Shown here: positions 46,910-56,723 of the stretch, in pieces
Layout: every line of letters begins with the position of its first letter
How positions within the stretch are numbered: position 1 is the stretch's first letter
Source: Candidatus Rifleibacteriota bacterium
GTDB taxonomy: Bacteria > Muiribacteriota > Ozemobacteria > Ozemobacterales > Ozemobacteraceae
Assembly (NCBI GenBank): GCA_015233155.1
Contig: JADFYG010000018.1
Span: forward strand, 11,000 to 74,999
Direction of reading: 5' to 3'
DNA: 64,000 nucleotides
Made by a program: the position numbers and the translations under genes
The notes under the pieces: model-generated
Seen by the model: the letters and a program-made list of their open reading frames with translations, nothing else
The model's database searches: none
What the model was told of the DNA's origin: nothing

Positions 46910-48451
46910 ATGAAAGTGGAAATTCCTTTGTCACGGGGCCTGTATACCGATATGGTCGACATTCGCCGCAAGGTGTTCGTCGAAATAGCAAAACTCTTTT
47001 GGCAAGCTGATTATCACAACCTTTCCCTGATCAAAGAAGAGGTTGGCAGAATACCGTATCGAGTCATAAACAAGGCGGATCCGACGTATCGTTGTTGCGT
47101 ATACCGGGAGCGAGCCATAGTACAGGAACGTGTTCGTCTCGCCCTGGGGCTGCCAAGACGGCATGGAGAATTCAGCGGTCCGGCATCAGAGGGAATAGAG
47201 CAGATTCTAAAACCTGAGAAAGTGCGCACTCACGAGATTGTGCGTGTTATTCCCGAGGCATGTGAGAAGTGTCCCTCGAAGGCTTTTCGCGTTACCAGCA
47301 ACTGCCGGCAATGCATAGCTCATCCATGTACCCTGGTCTGCCCTGCTCGAGCCTTCGACCTCGAACACCACTCTCCTCGCATAAACGGCGATAAATGTAT
47401 CCGATGCGGATTATGCGAAAAAGCGTGTCCATATAACGCCATTGTAAAATTCGATCGACCCTGTGCCGTCGCTTGTGGAGTAAAAGCCATCGGAAGCGAT
47501 CAGACGGGGCGCGCCTGCATCGATTACGACAAGTGTGTACGCTGCGGAATGTGTATCGTGGCCTGCCCATTTGGTGCCATCGCCGATGAATCCGAATTCG
47601 CCCAGATGATAATGGCATTGCGCGATGGTATACCCATGTATGCCATTGTCGCTCCGGCTTTTGTGGGCCAATTTGGTCCGTTTGTCAGTCCGGGACAGAT
47701 CCTGGCTGGAATTCGCCGACTCGGATTTAGGAATGTCTTTGAAGTCGCCTTCGGCGCGGATGTGGCAACTGTCGAAGAGAGTGAGGAATGGTACAAAAAG
47801 GTGATTGTGGAAAAACAGCCATTTCTCGGCACATCCTGCTGTCCGGCCTGGGTAGATATGGCTCGCAAAGAGTTTCCCGAGGAGGCTGAAAATATTTCTC
47901 ATTCGTATACTCCCATGGCCACGGCCGGAAAACGCGTGAAGGAGCGATTTCCTGAAGCCCGTGTGACTTTCATCGGTCCCTGCACAGCAAAAAAATCCGA
48001 GTGCCTGCGTCCGGAACTGGACCCTTATATCGATTTTGTGATCACCTTCGAGGAGCTGGCCGCGATATTTGTTGCCGCCGACATTGATCTGGTCGAACTT
48101 GCCGGGGAAGCCGAAGCGGGACCTGTTTCGGGGTCAGGTCGCAACTATGCCGTATGTGGCGGAGTTGCTGCCGCTCTGAAGATGCAGATTGAACACCATC
48201 ACCCGGAGGCCTCGGTCGTTGTTGCATCGGCCGACTCCCTTGCCGACTGCCGAACAATGTTGAAGCGGGCTTTGTCGAAGGAACTGGAGGCCAATCTTAT
48301 CGAGGGGATGGCCTGCCCGGGCGGATGCGTGGGCGGCCCGGGAATTCTTTCGCCCATCCGCAAAGCGACCGCCGAAATTGAAAAATTCAGCCGGAATTCA
48401 TCATTCAGGTCTGCATGGGAAAATCCTGATCTGAAAGACAAGGGTGAGTAA
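46910..48451 (+). CDS. hydA: Monomeric [FeFe]-hydrogenase (group B-like) with ferredoxin domains
   Basis: H-cluster motifs TSCCPAW, GPCTAKKSE, EGMACPGGCVGG; several CxxCxxCxxxCP motifs; N-terminal CCVYRERAI. Confidence 0.9.
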   Translation: MKVEIPLSRGLYTDMVDIRRKVFVEIAKLFWQADYHNLSLIKEEVGRIPYRVINKADPTYRCCVYRERAIVQERVRLALGLPRRHGEFSGPASEGIEQILKPEKVRTHEIVRVIPEACEKCPSKAFRVTSNCRQCIAHPCTLVCPARAFDLEHHSPRINGDKCIRCGLCEKACPYNAIVKFDRPCAVACGVKAIGSDQTGRACIDYDKCVRCGMCIVACPFGAIADESEFAQMIMALRDGIPMYAIVAPAFVGQFGPFVSPGQILAGIRRLGFRNVFEVAFGADVATVEESEEWYKKVIVEKQPFLGTSCCPAWVDMARKEFPEEAENISHSYTPMATAGKRVKERFPEARVTFIGPCTAKKSECLRPELDPYIDFVITFEELAAIFVAADIDLVELAGEAEAGPVSGSGRNYAVCGGVAAALKMQIEHHHPEASVVVASADSLADCRTMLKRALSKELEANLIEGMACPGGCVGGPGILSPIRKATAEIEKFSRNSSFRSAWENPDLKDKGE

Positions 48452-48550
48452 TCGCAGACCTCCGATTATTGGCGGCTCTGCCGATTACTCACGAATTCGT
48501 GTTATAAAAATTGAGATCGAGCATGTTGACAATTGCTGCGGTTTTTCGCA

Positions 48551-49051
48551 TCAGTCGGTGAATCCATGGTATTTTTTACTGCACGTAACTCCCAACTTGG
48601 AGTCGAGTGAAGGCTCATCCACGAGGTCCTTGAACACAGGTATAAACCAAAACCAGTAGTCGAATACCCTGTGGTTGTGGCCTTTGCAGACAATGCTGTA
48701 TTCAGGCTGAGAACCGGAGGCCAATCTCACAACATTCTCTCCCGGTGGCGTAGGAACACCATGATTGAATGTATAGCCGCCTGAATAAGTATCCACCCCT
48801 GCAGCCGGGCAGATGAGATCCTCCTTTCTCTTCAGATAATCCGGTGCCAGGAGCGATAGCTTCGCCGGATATCCGTCGTTATCCATCGAAAACATTTCCA
48901 TTGCATACTTTATGGATCGGAGGTTGTTACTGCATCTATCGAGGTTCTCCTGTCCGCGCCTCTCGATGGAAATACCGACATACAACAGAGTTGGAATGCC
49001 GGCCATCACTGCGAACAATATGGCCAATGTTTGTAAAAAGCTTGATTTCAA
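48551..49051 (-). CDS. Pseudopilin-like hypothetical protein
   Basis: N-terminal TM helix, then CSNNLRSI..A.EMF..DN.GYP..L..L.PDYL....CP; no clear prepilin cleavage motif. Confidence 0.55.
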   Translation of the reverse strand: MKSSFLQTLAILFAVMAGIPTLLYVGISIERRGQENLDRCSNNLRSIKYAMEMFSMDNDGYPAKLSLLAPDYLKRKEDLICPAAGVDTYSGGYTFNHGVPTPPGENVVRLASGSQPEYSIVCKGHNHRVFDYWFWFIPVFKDLVDEPSLDSKLGVTCSKKYHGFTD

Positions 49052-49329
49052 TCGTTCAATCCTCCAAACAAGATTATACTCACATTCCGAAAAGCGGATA
49101 ACTCTGCTTTTCGAAAATAAGTTGAGTTTCGCACTTTTTCAAAAACAGAATATATTTATCTCATAGCACATCTATATTATCGGAAAATAATCCCCTCTTT
49201 TTCTTTGGAAAAGATTAAAAGCGCTCCCTGAAGTTCATACAGACCAGAGAACCGCTTCCACTTGAGAGTTCCCATGTAGCAGCCCGATATCAGCCAAAAT
49301 CTCATCCCACAGAAAGGAGGAAAAAACAT

Positions 49330-49728
49330 ATGAACGAGATTCTGTTTCAGGAAAAGCGGATTGATCAAAGGCAGTATGTTCAGTGCCCCACTCAGATCTC
49401 CATGGAATATGTCGGATCCACTCCCCAATCCTTGAATTTCTCTGACGGTGGAATCCGTCTTCAACTATCCGAGCCGGTTCGAATTTCTATGCGTGTAAAA
49501 ATCGGCGATCACGAGGATGATCGACAAGCCAACCTGGTTTGGGCGAGAAAGAATGTCGATGGAAAAATGGAACTTGGACTCCAGTATCCTGAAGAATCTG
49601 CCACAAATCAAATGGATAATAATAACGAAAAACTTCTGTCACCTACTGAAAAGGCCAGTCCGAAAATTCCTACCCAAAACTATACTTCCATTTATCCTCC
49701 GAATTCTTTTTGGCGTCTGCGCTGGTAA
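49330..49728 (+). CDS. PilZ-domain protein
   Basis: RBS AGGAGG; RIDQR (RxxxR) and NFSDGG (N/DxSxxG) c-di-GMP-binding motifs. Confidence 0.8.
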   Translation: MNEILFQEKRIDQRQYVQCPTQISMEYVGSTPQSLNFSDGGIRLQLSEPVRISMRVKIGDHEDDRQANLVWARKNVDGKMELGLQYPEESATNQMDNNNEKLLSPTEKASPKIPTQNYTSIYPPNSFWRLRW

Positions 49729-49746
49729 TGCATCACGTAAAATATA

Positions 49747-49777
49747 AATCAGCCCGGGAGAATCTCTCGGGCTGATT
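49747..49777. terminator. Bidirectional terminator between convergent genes
   Basis: AATCAGCCCGGGAG / CTCTCGGGCTGATT stem. Confidence 0.65.
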
Positions 49778-49828
49778 ATTGTTAATCACTTTATCCGTGC
49801 GTTTCTACTGATTCCACGTAGCCGCCTG

Positions 49829-50794
49829 CTACTCCTTTTGCCCCTCCTCAGGAGTCGACCTAGTATTTTGCTCTCCATGAGCTGCATGATCGCTGTTTAC
49901 AACGTTCCGAGGTTCCGGTTTTTCACCATACATGGCCAGAACGTCATCAACAAGAGCTTGGTCAATCTCCGTCGTTTTCCCAGCGTTTCTCAGATCACGA
50001 TAAGCTTTTCCAAGATGTTCAACATGTTCTTCAGCGTGATACAGCTCTTTGGTCAATTCATGATAAGTTTTGCCCATGTTACCAAGGCTGTAGATTCCCA
50101 ATAATATCGAAATGATCCACACAGCTCTGACCCTGAGCAGAAGCGCAATTGACGCCATAACAATGCCTACTTCCGCAAAAAGCTGAGACAGTTCATAGGA
50201 TTCCTGGCCTTCAAGATGGGCGTTTATAACAGGATTAAACGATTCAACCCACGCACTGGCCGCCTGAGCTTCAGCATAATAGCGATTTACCGTTTTCGCG
50301 ATAAGTATCATATCCTCCGATTTGGGAGTTAACTTTTCCAGAAGATTGTGTCCGAGAAGGCGGACTGACCGTATGGCCGTGGTTACTCCGACAGCGGCAC
50401 CCGGATTTTTCTGAACTTCGGGAATGCTCTCCTCTTCGATTTTCCTGAGTTGATTTTCAAAGAGTTCGAGTGCCCCGGACGCAAGTGTGGCATGGTTCTG
50501 ACGTAAGCTGATAACCGCCGTCCGATGCTTTATATCCTGAGCCTGGTATTTGGCGTGAGCATGCTGCTGCTCAACCATAGTTTTTACGAGTTCTGTTCTT
50601 TCGCCACCGACCTTTGCGGCGGAAAATGCCAGTAATACCCCAAGCATGGCCATGGTAATACCAACGAACGTCGGGAACCTATCCGCCGGACGACGTCCGG
50701 TGTCATGAGGCTCTTTATGTTCATGGTGATCTTCATGCCCACCTGCATGCGCCGCATGTTCCATGTGTTCCAGCAACTCTGTCCCATTTTCCAT
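49829..50794 (-). CDS. DUF4337-family membrane protein with a His-rich N-terminus
   Basis: VGITMAMLGVLLAFSA, YQAQDIK, LFAEVGIVMASIALL; ATG 50794 with an upstream AGGAGA. Confidence 0.75.
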   Translation of the reverse strand: MENGTELLEHMEHAAHAGGHEDHHEHKEPHDTGRRPADRFPTFVGITMAMLGVLLAFSAAKVGGERTELVKTMVEQQHAHAKYQAQDIKHRTAVISLRQNHATLASGALELFENQLRKIEEESIPEVQKNPGAAVGVTTAIRSVRLLGHNLLEKLTPKSEDMILIAKTVNRYYAEAQAASAWVESFNPVINAHLEGQESYELSQLFAEVGIVMASIALLLRVRAVWIISILLGIYSLGNMGKTYHELTKELYHAEEHVEHLGKAYRDLRNAGKTTEIDQALVDDVLAMYGEKPEPRNVVNSDHAAHGEQNTRSTPEEGQKE

Positions 50795-51082
50795 GAAATC
50801 TCTCCTTTTCACAATCCAGACAAAAAAAATGACTTATATAAAAGTGAGATGAATTTGTCATAGTAACATCCGAGGCTCTGGTGTGAAAGCGCATTAAATG
50901 GGCTGGAAAGAACAAAAATCCATATTTAATACGAGCAACGCGCCTTTCATTGAATAACCTTGAACAAAATCGAAACGAACCGACTGACAAATTGGTATAG
51001 CATGGTGATGGACAAGCAGGGTAATTGTCAAATAGGTTTCGGATGGATTTTTTTTTGACATTCACAGTGGCTTTTAAGGTCA

Positions 51083-51994
51083 TCATCTGTTCCCGGGCAT
51101 ATCGGGCGACGAAAGACTGATGGGAAAATACAACGCAACAATATAGCTGGTGGTCCTCGCGACCGGTAATGGCGAATACTCCTGGGAATTGCGATTAGCG
51201 AGAACCATGGGCACTGCTCTGCTTACCTCACGCTGAAGGCGCATTTGCAGATAGAGCGCTCCCCGCGAATCAATATTCCGGGGCTGGGATAATTCCCCGG
51301 CACGCGTCGCATTCTGGCTGCCAAGAACACTTAGCGTTTCCTGATCGCACTTGCGGGCTTCGGATGCTGCTAGAAAATGCGAGAAATCGGTACTCTGTAT
51401 AACAAGGGTTCCGGTCCCGGCAAGTGGTGCTAATAAATTATACAGAGCATCCCAGTCACTTCTTCGCGAATTATTGCGAATTGCAATCGCCAGCACAGGG
51501 ATATCCGGAAAAAAACGTGCGCAGAATGGCACCACAGCCTGAACGGCATGTTCATGGAAAAACAGACTCGAGGAGGACACCAGGGGGAGTTTCAACAGTT
51601 CCCCGACGTCGGAACTGGCTATTCTCACCAGGCCGCAACAGGTCATCAGATCACGGTCGCACACAGCAAATGGCGTGACGCTTCGAGAAAAGTGGTCCGG
51701 TCCCAAAATAATGATCCGTCGGCAAGAAAGGTTTCGTATCCGCTGAAAAACGTCAGCGATCAAATCAATCGCGAGAAGATGGTGAGGTACTGTTATTCCT
51801 GTAACGGGCTGCGACAGTGCCTCACCATTACTTTCGCGGATAGCCTGATCAAAAGGAGCACGATCAGGATACAAGGGGGGAAACGGAGCACCCAGAACCG
51901 AAATCAGCCACCCGGAAAATGCGATGACGAAGAAAATCCCCGTTGACACGTGACGGGGAAATGTTACGTGTTTCGGAAAAAGCCGACTGCTCAC
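51083..51994 (-). CDS. MEMO-family (AmmeMemoRadiSam protein B-like) protein
   Basis: VPHHL, IILGPDHF, EHA, QSTDFSHF, TTSY. Confidence 0.82.
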   Translation of the reverse strand: MSSRLFPKHVTFPRHVSTGIFFVIAFSGWLISVLGAPFPPLYPDRAPFDQAIRESNGEALSQPVTGITVPHHLLAIDLIADVFQRIRNLSCRRIIILGPDHFSRSVTPFAVCDRDLMTCCGLVRIASSDVGELLKLPLVSSSSLFFHEHAVQAVVPFCARFFPDIPVLAIAIRNNSRRSDWDALYNLLAPLAGTGTLVIQSTDFSHFLAASEARKCDQETLSVLGSQNATRAGELSQPRNIDSRGALYLQMRLQREVSRAVPMVLANRNSQEYSPLPVARTTSYIVALYFPISLSSPDMPGNR

Positions 51995-54381
51995 ATATTC
52001 TTGCCAACTATGATCGATTTGTAATACGTGTTTTTGACGGGCAGTTGATCATGTTGATGATAGACCCTCTCCTGCCACTCGTGGTCATTAAGGCGTTTTC
52101 CAAGCGGCTCCGAGAATTCATAATGATTATATGTGATGCCGATGGTAAGACGCGCCACCTTCTCGTTGCCCACAAGAACCAGCATTACATATGGCTCACC
52201 AGTCGCCTGATACAGAATATTTCCCTTATCGGCGTCGGTGTGAATATCCGCAACCAGAGCCGAATAATAATCTTCATCACGACTGAATATGACATCGCCG
52301 AAGGGTTTGGCCATATATGACAACTGCACCAGTCTCAATTTCTCGTATTCATCGTCAGTAATCGTGCGGCCCGACAACTCCTTTTCAGCAAGGTCAGTCA
52401 GAAAATCGATGGTTTCCCTGAAACTACCCAAAGTTCCATATTGTTCGCGCTCCGCGGCAAAAGACGTTTCACTTGCTAACCCGGACTCAAAATAGCAAAC
52501 CAGCCTTTGCAGCTCATACCAGAATGGAAGGTTTGGTTCAACAAACCCCTTCGGGACCGGCGGAACCTTCATATCTTCTCCGCCATCACCGCATTCGGCA
52601 TAGTTCTGCTTTGCATACAACAGCGTGTCATGCTTCAATTCCGTGTAAGAGCCCAGAAACTCCTGAATCTGCCTGATGGCAAAGAGGGGGTCACGCATGT
52701 ATAACGGATATCCGGCGCCATAAGTCCCCGTCATCGTTCCAAGAACACGCAACCAGGCCGCCGCCGCAGACAGAAACCACTCATCATCTTTGACGTGCCC
52801 CAACTCAGCCGTAACCTTGTCAAGCAGATTGCGAAACAGCTTCAGATCGTCATCGCTTGTTTTGAGTGTCTCCCGATAGAACTCCTCACTCAACATCCGC
52901 GCCTGCCGGTCACCCAAAGCAGTCGGTATAAACAGGGCTGTGGGAGCGGATGGAAGCCTTACTGACGTCTTTTCCCGACCAGCTGTCAGTCTTCCGAGAA
53001 TCAGGGCATCGAAGGTAAAACGCTGCCCAAACACACGAAATCCCTTCGTCTTTTCGAGAAGTTCGGACTTTGTCATCTCGCCTACGTTTTCGGTTTCGAC
53101 AACATCGCTTAGAATTCTCGGCGGTGCAAGCTTTCCCAGTTGCGCATTAACTTTTTTGATGAACTCCGGATCGATCGCTGTTTCCGGCGAAAAAACGGGT
53201 TTATTGTTTGCGGAAACTACAAATTTTTGCCAGACGTCATAACCAATGTCATCGGCAGGTCCGGCGAAGAAACCTGTTATCCCCATGATCTTCTTCCATG
53301 AATCGACGATTGTCCTGTCATTCCCGTCAGGATGCGCCATCAGATAACTTATCAACAGGGCATCGGTGATGCCGGGTGCCGTCTCGAAGAGATATGTATT
53401 GCGTCCCCAATACATCATGGTTCGGAAATACGCCCGAAGGGCTGAGCTTTTGCGATAATGACTTCGCGGCGTATATTGTGTGTAATCGGATTTTAAAGAG
53501 CCGTCTTTCGAATACTGGCCGAACAAGGGAGATAAGGACAACTCCTCCCCCTTGTAGATCAATTCAAGCTCTTTCTCTATGCGATTGTAGATATCGTGAG
53601 AAAAATTCGTCTGCTGCTTTCCGAGAATTGATTTTGCATTAGCAAGTGTGTCGTTTTCATCGCTGGGTTCGACGCGCTTTTCATCTGAATATGGGAGGCG
53701 CTCAAATGATGCAATCGAATTTTCCAACATTACTGCCGGAACCGTGAACTGCGCTGCAATCAGTTCAAATCGCTCAGCCAGATTACCTTTTGTCGCGCAC
53801 TTGCAAGCCAACGCCCGACGCCGCATTTCATCAACAAAATGCAGCAGCGTCTCGCGGAGAACCGTTTTTTCAAGCTGCTCCAGGACATTTTCCATATATT
53901 TGTGGAATGCGTGCAAAACAATCGCAGGAGTGACAAGATGTGCATTCTCCGGCAAACGCTCATACTCTTTTGACGAACCTGTAATCTCGTCAAACATGCC
54001 CAGCATTTCATCCCATGCCATTGGACCATTGCCCGCGAAATCGACCTTGCCCTTGAAGCATGTGACACTCTTTGGGAGCAATAAAAACTTATGCTGGTTC
54101 AAAAACTCCGTCTGTGCCTTGTCAAGATTAACGCCAAGATACTTCAGCACCTGCATGCCGTTTACGGTCTTTTCAATCGTGGTTGCGGCATCAATCAGCT
54201 TTGGAGTTATCCCGACTTTCCTGACGGGAGGAACCAGTCCGAACATAGGAATGTTGCCCTCAGGCAGCGTATAGGCCGAAGGGCTCTCAATCGCCTCCAC
54301 ACGAACAATCGGCTCCAGAATAAACAGCCACAGTGTAAGGCTCGCCATAATGGCACAAATACTAAGGTGACAACGATTCAT
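51991..54381 (-). CDS. DUF3160-domain exported protein
   Basis: VLHAFHKY, DYTQYTPRSHY, YFRTMMYWGR, GQRFTFD, SYTELKHDTLLYAKQ, GFVEPN, ALVADIHT. Confidence 0.85.
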   Translation of the reverse strand: MNRCHLSICAIMASLTLWLFILEPIVRVEAIESPSAYTLPEGNIPMFGLVPPVRKVGITPKLIDAATTIEKTVNGMQVLKYLGVNLDKAQTEFLNQHKFLLLPKSVTCFKGKVDFAGNGPMAWDEMLGMFDEITGSSKEYERLPENAHLVTPAIVLHAFHKYMENVLEQLEKTVLRETLLHFVDEMRRRALACKCATKGNLAERFELIAAQFTVPAVMLENSIASFERLPYSDEKRVEPSDENDTLANAKSILGKQQTNFSHDIYNRIEKELELIYKGEELSLSPLFGQYSKDGSLKSDYTQYTPRSHYRKSSALRAYFRTMMYWGRNTYLFETAPGITDALLISYLMAHPDGNDRTIVDSWKKIMGITGFFAGPADDIGYDVWQKFVVSANNKPVFSPETAIDPEFIKKVNAQLGKLAPPRILSDVVETENVGEMTKSELLEKTKGFRVFGQRFTFDALILGRLTAGREKTSVRLPSAPTALFIPTALGDRQARMLSEEFYRETLKTSDDDLKLFRNLLDKVTAELGHVKDDEWFLSAAAAWLRVLGTMTGTYGAGYPLYMRDPLFAIRQIQEFLGSYTELKHDTLLYAKQNYAECGDGGEDMKVPPVPKGFVEPNLPFWYELQRLVCYFESGLASETSFAAEREQYGTLGSFRETIDFLTDLAEKELSGRTITDDEYEKLRLVQLSYMAKPFGDVIFSRDEDYYSALVADIHTDADKGNILYQATGEPYVMLVLVGNEKVARLTIGITYNHYEFSEPLGKRLNDHEWQERVYHQHDQLPVKNTYYKSIIVGKNM

Positions 54382-54552
54382 GATCCTCTGCCTCCAAATT
54401 TCGATAATTCATTCTATTCACAAAATGTTTTTACCCACTCACCTGACGATCCGCCGGATCACCCACATATCTACCACGCACGAATTTTATGGGATAGATA
54501 TAATCCGAAAATAAGATATGTTTTAGCTGACTTGTTATAAACGAATATTACC

Positions 54553-54600
54553 AAGCAAAAAAACGAGGCCGCGCCTTGACGCGACCTCGTTTTTTTGCTT
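54553..54600 (-). terminator. Intrinsic terminator
   Basis: AAGCAAAAAAACGAGG...CCTCGTTTTTTTGCTT perfect 16-bp IR, 37 bp beyond the stop at 54637. Confidence 0.75.
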
Positions 54601-54636
54601 CTAACCTTTTGTTAACTACGGAATTTGAAAAAATTA

Positions 54637-55128
54637 TTATTTCAAAGGCTTGAGACCCTTGACGATCGTAGCGATATCCGCCTCATACTTCTTTTCGGAT
54701 TCCTCAGTTGAAAACCAATATACACCAAGTGCTTTATCTGAAGGAGTATCAATGGAAAGACAATCAACCATCATTTTCCCATCCTTGGTTTTTCCATTCC
54801 ATTCCGAGGTCGGCATGTCGTTGATCTTTTCATCGATTGCTTTTCCATCGTTTGCCCACGTTATCGGCCCAAGGTTCTTTTCCAGGTCTTTGTCAATTGA
54901 CTCGAAAGCCTTGTCAGCAGCTGCTGAATCCATGATCATGAAAACTACACTCATGGAATCATCCGGAGCTGAAAGCGTCATTACATCGCCATCCTGTGCA
55001 GATTTCCATGTGTCCGGAACAGTAATTTCCACTTTTGCCTTAGCATGAGTGAGCGTCGTAGCAAAAGCTGACCCGGAAACTAAACAAATAAAAGCCAAAG
55101 CCATCATCACACACGAAAAACGTTTCAT
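54637..55128 (-). CDS. Secreted hypothetical protein
   Basis: GGAGG RBS; MKRFSCVMMALAFICLVSGSAFA signal peptide. Confidence 0.7.
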   Translation of the reverse strand: MKRFSCVMMALAFICLVSGSAFATTLTHAKAKVEITVPDTWKSAQDGDVMTLSAPDDSMSVVFMIMDSAAADKAFESIDKDLEKNLGPITWANDGKAIDEKINDMPTSEWNGKTKDGKMMVDCLSIDTPSDKALGVYWFSTEESEKKYEADIATIVKGLKPLK

Positions 55129-55327
55129 GAAAACCTCCCCGTCTTTTTTAGTATTTTGCAATGACACACATCAATGCTGAATTCATCAGTTTGCTACAGC
55201 CTATAAAATTCTACAACAGGCGCATCAATACTAATATTTTCAGCATCGATACAATTCATTGCATTGCAAGACATGAGAGATAATACGAAACTACTCAATT
55301 CGGTGTCAAGTACACCGCCCGTTCAGC

Positions 55328-55482
55328 CAGGGCCATTTAATTCTCCACCGTATAATGGCTTGAATAGACTGATTTCAACGAATGGTAGGGCTGGACAGCC
55401 GGGCCCGCCGAGAAAGCTCGTGGCAAAAGACGCGCCGCGCCCGGCTATCGCTGCCCTACCTGTCGAGAATTAAATGACCCTG
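55328..55482. mobile_element. Second MITE-like element (18-bp TIRs), followed by a truncated tandem copy at 55493-55545
   Basis: CAGGGCCATTTAATTCTC (55328-55345) / GAGAATTAAATGACCCTG (55465-55482), 17/18; internal stems GGTAGGGC/GCCCTACC and AGCCGGGC/GCCCGGCT; flanks CCGTTCAGC / CGGTTCGGC (7/9). Confidence 0.7.
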
Positions 55483-55556
55483 CGGTTCGGCCCAGGGTAA
55501 TTAATTCTCCGTCGGTGAATGGCTTGCATTGCACGATTTCGACGAGCGTCTGAACG

Positions 55557-56501
55557 TTAACTTTTACGTGGTTTCTGTAAAAGAAGCGCGGTAGTGTCGC
55601 CGAAGTAACGCCCCAGAGAACGTGGAAGCATAGAAACAATTGCTCCTACGACGAAATACATTGCGATAACAAGAGGGTTTGTGCCACCTCCGCCTCTGCG
55701 AACCGATTCATATGTACCATACGAGACCAAGTCGAACCCTTGTTTCTTGCACAATCGTTCCCAAAACGATGTAGAATTCAGATTGATGTGCCCATAAATC
55801 CTGTATTCTTTTTCTTTCCACGTATAGGTCCCCACAGTTTCCGCCTCTTTTTGGGGCCTGGCATATCGTTTTGAATACTGCCCCTGGAGAAAACTCGGAA
55901 TCCGGCGAATATAATTCAGAAAACTGGGACTGTTGTCTGTTGTCACCATGAGATAGCCACCCGGACGAAGAATACGATGAATTTCTTCAAGAATTTGCCC
56001 GGGGTTCTCCATATGCTCCAAAACCTCGGAACAAATGGCAATATCCTGGCTTCCGGATTCAAGTTCGAATTTCACCTCGAGTGGCTGGTGAATATATTTG
56101 TGAGATATGATATCGGGCGGGAATGCCGATTTTAGATGTCCCTTTCCCCGCTCGATCAGGGCACGATCACCCTCAATCAGCGTCAGTTCAACGTTTGCAC
56201 AGGGAAGCGGGCGTCGGAAGTTTTCGGTCCATTTCCGCATGAGAAAAAGAGCATCGAAACCCATTGAAGCCCCGATATCGGCAATATGCAGATGCTCTTT
56301 CCCCGTGAGATGCATTCCCGCGAGGATTCTCTCCATGAGTCCCCACAAAACTCTCTTTTTGTAAATTCGGAAATAAATATACAAAATGTCTGAAAGATGA
56401 CTCTCCGGATCTGAGAGAAACATCGCAAGAGGATCGAGTGCGGCAGAAGCCACAACCGATGCCTTCTCTTCATCATTGATTGATTCAATGGATCCGTTCA
56501 A
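55557..56501 (-). CDS. Class I SAM-dependent methyltransferase
   Basis: IADIGASMGFD motif I; DIAICSEVLEH; LRPGGYL.VTT. Confidence 0.88.
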   Translation of the reverse strand: MNGSIESINDEEKASVVASAALDPLAMFLSDPESHLSDILYIYFRIYKKRVLWGLMERILAGMHLTGKEHLHIADIGASMGFDALFLMRKWTENFRRPLPCANVELTLIEGDRALIERGKGHLKSAFPPDIISHKYIHQPLEVKFELESGSQDIAICSEVLEHMENPGQILEEIHRILRPGGYLMVTTDNSPSFLNYIRRIPSFLQGQYSKRYARPQKEAETVGTYTWKEKEYRIYGHINLNSTSFWERLCKKQGFDLVSYGTYESVRRGGGGTNPLVIAMYFVVGAIVSMLPRSLGRYFGDTTALLLQKPRKS

Positions 56502-56723
56502 GAATTAACCTTTCGAATGTTCTGGCCAGTGAGCGTCTTGTAAAATTCACGATATTTCACGTATTGGCGGATTTTAACCCGCTTCCACAAATGGACGAAG
56601 TAAGCCTGGCACTGCTGCCAAATAATTTTGCATGAAGCTCCGGTTAATCGGGAATTATGACATTACCACCGTAATGTGACAAGAGTAATGTCGGAATTGG
56701 TCGGAAATAATTCGCGAACAGCT

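Noticed and set aside
51017-51027. CAGGGTAATTG, resembling the MITE left end at 55493
   Set aside because: Only 10 bp match and there is no partner inverted end nearby; could be chance.
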